Positions 1 to 7,842 of a DNA stretch of 26,163 bases are shown here, one piece after another. Source of the DNA: a virus. Lineage: Duplodnaviria > Caudoviricetes. How positions within the stretch are numbered: the stretch's first letter is position 1; every line of letters begins with the position of its first letter. Below the pieces are notes generated by a model that was given only the letters and a program-made list of their open reading frames with translations, was not told where the DNA came from and made no database searches. The stretch lies in IMG/VR virus record IMGVR_UViG_3300025103_000135, positions 1-26,163 of that record. The stretch is one strand, 5' to 3'. The translations under genes were made by a program, and so were the position numbers.

Positions 1-1
1 T

Positions 2-301
2 AACGGACAGCAAGAAAAAGTCGTGGAAACTTTAGTAGCTGGAATGACAGCAGTTAGTGATGACGGCTATTCGGCCTACATCGACACTGCTATTTCCTGC
101 CCACTCGACCCAGACAACTTCGTGTCCTTTAACGACATCGACGAGGCTTGGGCGATTGCAAAGGCCGAAGCTGTTGCTGAAGAGAAAGGCTGGAAGGATT
201 CGTTGGACAAGCAGATTGAAGCTGCTCGTACACGGCCCCTCCCTGCCAAGTTCAAGTTTCAGGAACCAGTAGTGGAACCAGTAGTGGAACCCGCTGAATA
301 A
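2..301 (+). CDS. 5'-truncated small tail/tail-fibre-associated protein
   Basis: Frame is open from base 2 (NGQQEKVVETLV...), so the GTG at 23 is probably not the start. The pattern ...FVSFNDIDEAW...SLDKQIE..RP resembles small acidic proteins that follow tail fibre genes (from memory). Ends in an EPVV repeat. Confidence 0.55.
   Translation, partial: NGQQEKVVETLVAGMTAVSDDGYSAYIDTAISCPLDPDNFVSFNDIDEAWAIAKAEAVAEEKGWKDSLDKQIEAARTRPLPAKFKFQEPVVEPVVEPAE
262..291 (+). repeat. 12-bp tandem repeat GGAACCAGTAGT x2.5 (EPVVEPVVEP)
   Basis: Read directly from sequence. Confidence 0.9.
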
Positions 302-322
302 TAGGATACTTCGGGTGGAGTA

Positions 323-484
323 ATGATGAATGACTTGGAATGGATGAAGGTGTTCGGGGTTAATGGAGGCGTGCTTGCCACTGTTTCACTCTCGGACTTT
401 GAGTTAGTTCTGAAAATACTAATGCTGCTCCTTACTTGTATTTGGACAGCCGTAAAAATAGTTAAACTACTAAAAGAAGAATGA
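323..484 (+). CDS. 53-aa membrane protein, holin-like (not in ORF track)
   Basis: Hand translation MMNDLEWMKVFGVNGGVLATVSLSDFELVLKILMLLLTCIWTAVKIVKLLKEE; GGAG just upstream; hydrophobic helix with charged tail; stop overlaps next ATG (ATGA 481-484). Confidence 0.7.
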   Translation: MMNDLEWMKVFGVNGGVLATVSLSDFELVLKILMLLLTCIWTAVKIVKLLKEE

Positions 485-702
485 AAGAAACTATAAAGAC
501 CAAGATCGTCAGCCGAAAACTCTGGGTAGCCATTGGTGGTCTATTGACCGTGGCTGCAACTGAATGGCTGAACCTATCACCCGAACTAACCGAGCAGATT
601 GTCGGTGCAATTATCATCATCGTCCCGGCTTACGTTGGTTCGCAAAGTATTGTGGACGCAATGAAGGAGTATTCCAGGAAGGATAACCCACCAACCAGCT
701 AG
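481..702 (+). CDS. Holin-like protein, two TM segments
   Basis: SRKLWVAIGGLLTVAA and IVGAIIIIVPAYVG hydrophobic segments, basic N-terminus, charged C-terminus. Confidence 0.7.
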   Translation: MKETIKTKIVSRKLWVAIGGLLTVAATEWLNLSPELTEQIVGAIIIIVPAYVGSQSIVDAMKEYSRKDNPPTS

Positions 703-879
703 ATGTGGGCGGGGATAATCAAATCATTGCTAGAATGGTTTTCAGGATTCCTGAAGGCCGAGATAAAACAGGATGTTAAGGGAAGCGATGCAGAGACTGA
801 GCCTGAGATTCGCAATCGTATGCGGTCTTCTTTTCGGAGGAGGCTGCGGGACGACGAGAGTCGTGTTCGTAAAGACTGA
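703..879 (+). CDS. 58-aa protein, possible i-spanin-like partner (not in ORF track)
   Basis: Hand translation MWAGIIKSLLEWFSGFLKAEIKQDVKGSDAETEPEIRNRMRSSFRRRLRDDESRVRKD; starts right after holin stop; amphipathic N-terminal helix; overlaps the lipoprotein gene. Confidence 0.5.
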   Translation: MWAGIIKSLLEWFSGFLKAEIKQDVKGSDAETEPEIRNRMRSSFRRRLRDDESRVRKD

Positions 880-1018
880 CTCTGACGTTGTAAGAATCGG
901 TCCAAACGTGAGCGGCAAGGTTTACTTCCGCAAGGGAGGCGAATGGGTTTTGAGCAAGAACAAGGTGAAGCTACCAGAAGGCTGGTACGCTGGATCATTG
1001 GGTGACGAAGAAGAGTAA
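788..1018 (+). CDS. Small lipoprotein, o-spanin-like
   Basis: MQRLSLRFAIVCGLLFGGGC: basic n-region, hydrophobic h-region, lipobox-like GGC. Alternative start at 773. Confidence 0.6.
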   Translation: MQRLSLRFAIVCGLLFGGGCGTTRVVFVKTDSDVVRIGPNVSGKVYFRKGGEWVLSKNKVKLPEGWYAGSLGDEEE

Positions 1019-3189
1019 TGCCAAGGGACGCACAGCAACAGGTAGACGGAGACACCCAGTTCACGGGTATCTCTCCCCGCCTTGATCCGGGCAGCTTACC
1101 TGCTGGCATGGCAAGTGAGGCGCGTAATATGCGCTTCCGCAATGGGGTCGCTGCGACTCGCAAGGGCGTTTATAAGCCAAGCTGGATAAACAATCTGACG
1201 CCCGAAATCGATAACAAGGTTCGCCCGTTTGGCGAGGTGCATGGTGTTGGCGTATTCCGCAACCCTGACACCAACTTGGAGTTTGTGGTCATCGCAGCAG
1301 ACGGCAAGGCGTACTACACACGGCAGGGCAACAACCCAATCGAGTTAGCCCTACCGACAGGCGTGGCACTGGTTGGTGAGGTAAACTTTACGCAGGCGTT
1401 CAACAAGCTAATCATGTTTCGCGGCGAAAACTTCGCGCCACTGGTGATGTCGAGCGAGGACACTGGCTTTGAGGACATGATCGAGCAGTGGGATTCCGCA
1501 GAGGCTTATGCTGTGGACGATGAAGTTGCCTTCGGCCCGTTGGGGTCTGTTAGCGGGATTGCATTCAGCAGCGGCACAGCAACCGTGACCACAGGTGCAG
1601 CACACGGCTTCATTACTGGCGCAGATGTCACAATCGCCGGGGCGAATGAGTCTGAGTTTAACGGACGCTTTTCCATCACAAAGACAAGCGACACTACATT
1701 CACTTACACGACCACTAGCAGCAACTCTACTGCAACTGGAACGATTACCGCGACTAACAATAAAGAGTATTATAAGTGTTCCACAATTACCTCCGCAGGC
1801 GAAAGCCCAAGTACCGCCTCTTCAAAGTGGACTCAGCTTTCAACCATCATGCCAAACGCATCGCATGGCGTTCACGTTGCAAACCGAATCATCGTGCCTA
1901 CGAAGTACGATGCCAGCAGCATAGCGTATGGAAACAAGCGTGACTTTATCGCAGTCAGTGACGCACTCGATCACAAGCACACTTTCTTTAATCAGCTATT
2001 CCGAATCAACTTTGGCTCCAATAGCGAGGTGGTTGATCTTTTGGTCTTCGACGAAAACCGAGTCCTTATTATGAAGGACTTGGACGTTCATATGATGACC
2101 GGGTTTATCGTAACGGATACCAACGGTACACTGACAAGCAGTGCGAGTGTGCAGCCGGTCATTCAGAACTACGGTACGCCGAATCGCGGGGCATCCGTAG
2201 TGGTGGGCGGTAACGTGTTCTTCTACGCCTCACGCCGAGGCATCGTGAGCATGGCTCAAACGGAGCAGTCAAAGGTGCGCGGTGTTGACTTGCCGTTGAG
2301 CGAAGCAATACAGCCACTCATTGACCGCATCGATGCCCGTAACGAATCTAAGATTCGCTTGGCGTACTGGGACAACAAGCTGTGGGTGGCTTGCCCAATC
2401 GATGGTGGCAACAACGGCGAAAACAATGCGCTGCTAGTTTATGATTTCCTAAGCCAAACATGGGTTAGTCACGACAACGGCACTGCGATCAAACCCAAGG
2501 AGTTCTTTATTGCAGAGTACAACAACGCACAACGCCTGTTTTACATCGGTACAGATGGATTTATTAATCTGGTGGAGGAGAATTATGAAGGGGACGATGT
2601 TGCTGACCTGACCCAGGAGGATGGTTTATCTAATGAGGAGATTAGTAGCTACTTGCTAACTCGTGGCTACGGTCAGCCGGGTGTTGACCATAAGACATAT
2701 CGCACAGCCTCGTTAAACATCAGCGTCTGGAATCCAAAGTATACTGTCAAAGCGAAGTGCGATGGAGTAGAGGAGTCTCAAACACTTTGCACTGACCGAA
2801 CGAAGAGCAGGACTAACTACTATAGACCATTTGACGCATTACCATTTGAGCAGAGTAACCGTGATGACGATATTGCGAACCCGTATCGTGAGGACTACAG
2901 TGTTACGCTTGACGTAGACTTGGATGCCATCCTCACCGAGGCGGGAGACACGATTGTTTCAGAAGCAGATGAACCGATACTTCAGGAGGCATCCGTCAGT
3001 GGCTTCTCCCTTGGATCGAACGGAGTTCGGCTGGACCGTATGCAGCAGACGATGGAGCCGTTTGCGTTGACCCCAAAGACAGGTCGTTACACACAACTAG
3101 AATTAACCAACTCGCAGGGTCGTATTGAAATTACCCAAGCAAATCTAACAAGCAACCAAGGTGATCGCACGATCACCGTTAAATCATAG
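1018..3189 (+). CDS. Tail tubular / head-tail stabilisation protein (P22 gp10 / T7 gp12-like beta-propeller)
   Basis: 723 aa; N-terminal F-x-G...DP..L....ARNMRF..G...RKG pattern, beta-rich body, LLVYDF...W motif; sits before internal virion genes. Confidence 0.7.
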   Translation: MPRDAQQQVDGDTQFTGISPRLDPGSLPAGMASEARNMRFRNGVAATRKGVYKPSWINNLTPEIDNKVRPFGEVHGVGVFRNPDTNLEFVVIAADGKAYYTRQGNNPIELALPTGVALVGEVNFTQAFNKLIMFRGENFAPLVMSSEDTGFEDMIEQWDSAEAYAVDDEVAFGPLGSVSGIAFSSGTATVTTGAAHGFITGADVTIAGANESEFNGRFSITKTSDTTFTYTTTSSNSTATGTITATNNKEYYKCSTITSAGESPSTASSKWTQLSTIMPNASHGVHVANRIIVPTKYDASSIAYGNKRDFIAVSDALDHKHTFFNQLFRINFGSNSEVVDLLVFDENRVLIMKDLDVHMMTGFIVTDTNGTLTSSASVQPVIQNYGTPNRGASVVVGGNVFFYASRRGIVSMAQTEQSKVRGVDLPLSEAIQPLIDRIDARNESKIRLAYWDNKLWVACPIDGGNNGENNALLVYDFLSQTWVSHDNGTAIKPKEFFIAEYNNAQRLFYIGTDGFINLVEENYEGDDVADLTQEDGLSNEEISSYLLTRGYGQPGVDHKTYRTASLNISVWNPKYTVKAKCDGVEESQTLCTDRTKSRTNYYRPFDALPFEQSNRDDDIANPYREDYSVTLDVDLDAILTEAGDTIVSEADEPILQEASVSGFSLGSNGVRLDRMQQTMEPFALTPKTGRYTQLELTNSQGRIEITQANLTSNQGDRTITVKS

Positions 3190-3197
3190 GACTTATT

Positions 3198-4313
3198 ATG
3201 GCCGTATCAGCAACAGTAACCCCCGGCACTCTCCTTAGCGAAGGGGAAGCAATTACAATCAGCAAACTTAATGCACTTGGCACACCAACCGTTGACATCT
3301 CAGGGGCGGTTGGATCGTTGTCGATTGCCAACAACTCAATAGCCAATATCCACGTTCAGTCAGGGGCTGCTATTCAGGTTTCAAAACTGGAGTCACTCAC
3401 CACAGGGCAGCTAATTGTTGGAAACGCAGGCACACCAACCGCTGCGACTCTCAGTGGTGATGCGACTATAAGTAGTTCAGGTGCGTTAACTATTGCTTCA
3501 AGTTCAATCGAGACTGCGATGATTGCTGATTCAACCGGCGCATCTGATGGAGTGACCACCGCGAAGCTCGCAACAGGTGCAGTTACCGGCCCCAAGATTG
3601 AGATGGGTTCAGACGCACAAGGTGATGTGCTGTATCACAACGGAACCTCCTATGTCCGACTCGCTGCCGGGACATCCGGTCAGTTTTTATCTTCAGGCGG
3701 TGCGGGGGCTAACCCTTCGTGGATTGATGCTCCTCCAACGATTAGCACCACGGTTTACCGAGCCGACACAACATGGACTAGACCTTCTGGTGTAAGTTTA
3801 ATCCATGTCATGGTATTCGGCGGGGGTGGTGGGTCTACTGCGGAAGACCCCGGCGGTTTTGGAGGTATAATCTCAGACTACATTGATGTTAGCGGCACGC
3901 TGGGGGGCGATGGTCTTGAGGATGATGAAATTGCAATCGTGGTCGGCGCAGCAGGAACAGCAGGCCAAGGTGTCGGTGGGCTGACTGGCGGGTTTAATGG
4001 AGGCGGCGGAGGAGACACAACTTTTGGCGGTCCAAGTTCTGCTTACTACCTGAAGGGAAGTGGTGGAACAGGAGGAACTTCCCCCGGCGGCGACCCCGGT
4101 GCGGCGGGCGAGGGTACTTCGACCAGCTACACCGCGATAACCCACACCGCACCCAATTGGGCCGCCGTCGGCATCGACGAAGAGCTGGGCGACTTTGGTT
4201 TAATTAGCACCGCATTTTACGGAGCAGGCGGTGACGACCCCAGCGGGTCTGGTAATTCTCAGCCCGGAAATGTGGGTGTAGCAGGAGCAGTGGTTATTAG
4301 AATAATAGGATAA
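3198..4313 (+). CDS. Tail fibre/spike-like protein with C-terminal glycine-rich domain
   Basis: VTTAKLATGAVT repeats, QGDVLYHNGTSYVRLAAGTSGQFL...ANPSW fibre motif, TWTRPSGV...VMVFGGGGG...GAVVIR Gly-rich domain. Confidence 0.75.
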   Translation: MAVSATVTPGTLLSEGEAITISKLNALGTPTVDISGAVGSLSIANNSIANIHVQSGAAIQVSKLESLTTGQLIVGNAGTPTAATLSGDATISSSGALTIASSSIETAMIADSTGASDGVTTAKLATGAVTGPKIEMGSDAQGDVLYHNGTSYVRLAAGTSGQFLSSGGAGANPSWIDAPPTISTTVYRADTTWTRPSGVSLIHVMVFGGGGGSTAEDPGGFGGIISDYIDVSGTLGGDGLEDDEIAIVVGAAGTAGQGVGGLTGGFNGGGGGDTTFGGPSSAYYLKGSGGTGGTSPGGDPGAAGEGTSTSYTAITHTAPNWAAVGIDEELGDFGLISTAFYGAGGDDPSGSGNSQPGNVGVAGAVVIRIIG

Positions 4314-4660
4314 TGTTACCGTGGCAGGCAGCAAAGAAATGGCAGGAGGAGCATTCACCGATACCGTTCGAGGTGGTGCTTGGGGAGTATTTGAAGAATG
4401 GCTATGTGTGGTCATCGCCCGGAGAGTTTGTGCTTGGGCGAACGGCTTTTTGGGATGGGGAAGACATGATCTTCGAGGGCAACAATCACAACTGTTGGGT
4501 GGTTCAGTTGGCGGCAGGGTTAAACCCGATGAAGAGGTTTTTGAAGGTGACACCGATGAAGCTGGAGTTCGTTTCTTGGCAGCGAGATGGCGAGGAGCGG
4601 TGGCACGTTTGGGAGTGGAACAAGTTTAAAAAGAAGGTATACAATAATGGGAAGCACTAA
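4313..4660 (+). CDS. Hypothetical protein, possibly GNAT-fold tail-assembly protein (T7 gp13-like position)
   Basis: 115 aa, Trp-rich, coupled to upstream gene (TAATG); function inferred from position only. Confidence 0.45.
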   Translation: MLPWQAAKKWQEEHSPIPFEVVLGEYLKNGYVWSSPGEFVLGRTAFWDGEDMIFEGNNHNCWVVQLAAGLNPMKRFLKVTPMKLEFVSWQRDGEERWHVWEWNKFKKKVYNNGKH

Positions 4661-5522
4661 GATTCAACAACCGGCTCCAAGGGATTACGGGGATGACATG
4701 GCCAGCACACTTCGCGCACAGGCCGAGGCCATGAGCGGCACAGGGAGGTTTGCGGACATAGGCCCGTTGGCTGACATTGAGGCGGCACAAAGACCGAAGT
4801 GGACTAACCTTGAATTACAGACATTGTCCGACACGATGCGCGGCACAGAGGATCAGCCGGGAGTGCTGTCGTTATACCGCGACTACATTACACCGAGCTT
4901 ATCTGAGACGGAGGCTGGTGCTAACCGTTACCGACGAATGCAGGACTTAGCTGATGTCCGGTCTATGGGTCAGGACGCGACCAGCGCGTTCCTTGATGCT
5001 GATCCGTTGAAACGTGAGGCGAGTGATGCTTTGCTTGAGGGTGCAATTTCTGATTACAAACTGGGGGCGAAGCTAGACCCGTCATTAGCGAGGGAAGTAC
5101 AGCAGGGTTATAGGAATGCTGCCACAGCGCGTGGAATGGCCTACAGCCCGTATTCAGCGTCAGAAGAGGCTTACTGGCAGGGCTTGCAGGCTAACCAGCT
5201 TAAACAACAACGGCAGGCTGCACTGAGCAGTTTACTTGGACAACGCCAGCAGATGGTTGGTGATCCGTTTATGCAGGTGCTGGGTCGGCAAGGTCAGGCG
5301 TTTGGTGCTGCGGGTGGATACGGCCAACAAGGTCTTGGGATGGGTCAGGCATTGGGGCCACGCATCTTCCAGCCAGAATCGCAAATGGCGCAAGATTTGT
5401 ACGCTGGGAATCAGGCTACGCAGCTTGCTGTGGCGCAGGCTAATGCGGCTAACAAGAGTGCGTTTAGCACCGGTATGATGGGCATGTTTGGATCGATTGG
5501 TCGCGGAGCGTTTATGGGTTAA
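4647..5522 (+). CDS. Putative DNA ejection / internal virion protein 1
   Basis: Probable start MGSTKIQQPAPRDYG at 4647 (track start 4587); Ala/Gln/Gly-rich helical protein with hydrophobic Gly-rich C-terminus, like P22 gp7/T7 gp14-type proteins. Confidence 0.65.
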   Translation: MGSTKIQQPAPRDYGDDMASTLRAQAEAMSGTGRFADIGPLADIEAAQRPKWTNLELQTLSDTMRGTEDQPGVLSLYRDYITPSLSETEAGANRYRRMQDLADVRSMGQDATSAFLDADPLKREASDALLEGAISDYKLGAKLDPSLAREVQQGYRNAATARGMAYSPYSASEEAYWQGLQANQLKQQRQAALSSLLGQRQQMVGDPFMQVLGRQGQAFGAAGGYGQQGLGMGQALGPRIFQPESQMAQDLYAGNQATQLAVAQANAANKSAFSTGMMGMFGSIGRGAFMG

Positions 5523-5538
5523 CTAGGAGATAATTATT

Positions 5539-7842
5539 ATGGCGATATTTGGGCAGTACACAGGGCAACGGGTGAGTCCACTTCCGAGTGGATTCTTGGG
5601 TGCGGCAATGCAGCAGGCTGCTCAAACGCAAAAGGGTTTGGAGCGGGTTGGCGACACAATTGGTGATGCGTTGAAATCGTATGCTGCACGCAAGGAAGAG
5701 TCTGAGACGGTGGATGGATTGATCCACGGTCAGGCGCAAAAGGCTATTGAGTTAAAGACATTTCTTGAGGGTGATAAACCTGTCCAGTCCTTCGAGGAAG
5801 GGCCGCTACCTGAAGGCGCGTCTGTGAACCCTGAACTCACTGGTCAAATGAGAGAAGGGGGTCGGCTTGCTCAAAATGAATCAATGGCAACATGGGACAG
5901 CGGTGACGCGGGTAGCGTTGTTACTACACCCTCACCCTTCAGCCAGAAGACTGAACTGCTTTATGAGATAGCCGGTGATAAGAAGCTGGTAGACAAATTC
6001 CTTTCTAATGACGCGACTCTTGCACAGAAGAAAGGGTTGCTTGCCAATCTGCAAATGTATAATTCCAAGCTGGACGATTACTCCAAGCGTGCGGCTATTG
6101 AGGAGCATCGCTTTAGGAAAGGTCAGCGTGATGCGTATGCATCATCTTACGGTGCAGGTCAGAATTTACAGCCAACGCAAATACCTGCAAGAACGGTTGA
6201 GGATACGACTACAACAGAGTTAGCTACCAAGGAAGAGATGGATCGGTTGAGGCACATGCAGGAAACTGGGATTAATCCGGTGACCGAGCGTGACGCAATA
6301 GGTTATGATGACGCTAAGTTTAGCCCTGAAGAATTTGATAAGCTGGAGAGGTACTGGGCTGGCGATCCTACAGAAGTCCCTCAACAGCGACCGCCCGACC
6401 TATCGAACTTTGATCCTGTTGCGGCAGAAAGATCAATAGTCGAATTACCTGAAGCAGAGGCTGCCGAGATTGCCAAGAAGCTCGATTACTATAACGCAAA
6501 GGTTAAGCCTGTGCATGACGACCGGCTGGCCGTACACGCTGCCCGAAGGAATGAGATTGATGGTGTTATTGAAAAGTTGGAAAAGAGAAAAGTTGAACAG
6601 GATGTTAAGCTGTTAGTGTTTAACAGCAAACCTGAAGTTAAGAAGTTACAGGGCTTAATTGATAATGCGAATAAGTACATTAATAACCCAGACATAGCCG
6701 CCTCCACCAAAAAGAATCTCAATATTGTTAAGAACGCTCATCAGAAGAAGCTCGATGCTCTGAAAAAGGATGCAGGCGTTATTGCCCCACTTGATTATAG
6801 CCGTGGGGTTGAAGAGATGATAGGCAAACTTGCGAATCATTTGAATGCTAAACCAAAGTTAGAGGACTCCGCCAAGCAGGTCACCGAGGAGGCAGATTAC
6901 AGCCTGCCTGAAGGCGGCTACGCGACAGGGCCGTTGGTGGAGACTGAAACGACTACCCGCGAAATACCTGCTGAGACTATCCCTGCTGAACCTGTTGACC
7001 GTAAGGCTGCACACATGAAAGCGTTCATTGAGCAGCGTGGTCAGATGACACCTGAGTATCAGCAGATGTTTGATAAGCTGTATCCTGAAGCGGGTATTAT
7101 TAGTCAGCCTGTTCCGGGTGTTCCGGGTGCTACGGCCTTATTTGATACCAAAGGTAAGTTCCTTCAGGTTGTTGCACCTCCAACACTGTCAGCGACAGAG
7201 AGGGCCGCTGTTGCTGCAATCACCTTCACGCCGAACACAGGCTTTACGGGAATTGCTCCTTCAAAAGAAGAGGCTGTTAAAATGCGTGATTTAATTGCCA
7301 CATCCAATGAGGTTAATGAAATGATGGATGACCTTATGGAAATGGCTAAAGAGGGGGAGGTTGAGTGGGTCGGCCCGAAGAAGGCAAGGGCAAAGGCAAT
7401 GATTGCTACTCTTGTGGGCAAGATGCGTATCCCGTTAACGGGCGGTGGGCCGCTTACTCTTGAGGAGCGTAAATATATACAGGAAAATTTATTTACTGAT
7501 CCGTATGATTGGAAGACATGGGCTTCTACGAGCAAGTCACAAATAGAGACAGTTAAGTGGATGATGACTAACTCCGTTTCTAAAAAAGCTAAAGTCCTTG
7601 GCCTGACACCTGTTGGCACCCAATCCGCCCAAGCCGGTGGTGCGCCTACTCGCCGTGCTTACACTGGAACTAAATTCACTTCACCTCGCGCAAGCAGCCC
7701 TGCACCTGCGCCTGTTGCCCCTGCGCCTGTTGCACCTGCACCTGTTGCACCTGCACCTGTTGCACCTGCACCTGAAAGGGATTGGGATGCGCTGGAAAGG
7801 CAGTTAAATATTATCCGTGATATGTTGAAGGACAAGAGATAA
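5539..7842 (+). CDS. Putative internal virion / ejection protein 2 (767 aa)
   Basis: AGGAG upstream; helical/coiled-coil composition; middle gene of the small-medium-large ejection trio. Confidence 0.6.
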   Translation: MAIFGQYTGQRVSPLPSGFLGAAMQQAAQTQKGLERVGDTIGDALKSYAARKEESETVDGLIHGQAQKAIELKTFLEGDKPVQSFEEGPLPEGASVNPELTGQMREGGRLAQNESMATWDSGDAGSVVTTPSPFSQKTELLYEIAGDKKLVDKFLSNDATLAQKKGLLANLQMYNSKLDDYSKRAAIEEHRFRKGQRDAYASSYGAGQNLQPTQIPARTVEDTTTTELATKEEMDRLRHMQETGINPVTERDAIGYDDAKFSPEEFDKLERYWAGDPTEVPQQRPPDLSNFDPVAAERSIVELPEAEAAEIAKKLDYYNAKVKPVHDDRLAVHAARRNEIDGVIEKLEKRKVEQDVKLLVFNSKPEVKKLQGLIDNANKYINNPDIAASTKKNLNIVKNAHQKKLDALKKDAGVIAPLDYSRGVEEMIGKLANHLNAKPKLEDSAKQVTEEADYSLPEGGYATGPLVETETTTREIPAETIPAEPVDRKAAHMKAFIEQRGQMTPEYQQMFDKLYPEAGIISQPVPGVPGATALFDTKGKFLQVVAPPTLSATERAAVAAITFTPNTGFTGIAPSKEEAVKMRDLIATSNEVNEMMDDLMEMAKEGEVEWVGPKKARAKAMIATLVGKMRIPLTGGGPLTLEERKYIQENLFTDPYDWKTWASTSKSQIETVKWMMTNSVSKKAKVLGLTPVGTQSAQAGGAPTRRAYTGTKFTSPRASSPAPAPVAPAPVAPAPVAPAPVAPAPERDWDALERQLNIIRDMLKDKR
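7699..7773 (+). repeat. 15-bp tandem repeat encoding (PAPVA)x4 linker
   Basis: CCTGC(A/G)CCTGTTGC(A/C) units read directly. Confidence 0.9.

Noticed and set aside
3198-4313. Diversity-generating retroelement target
   Set aside because: No reverse transcriptase and no template/variable repeat pair seen in the window.
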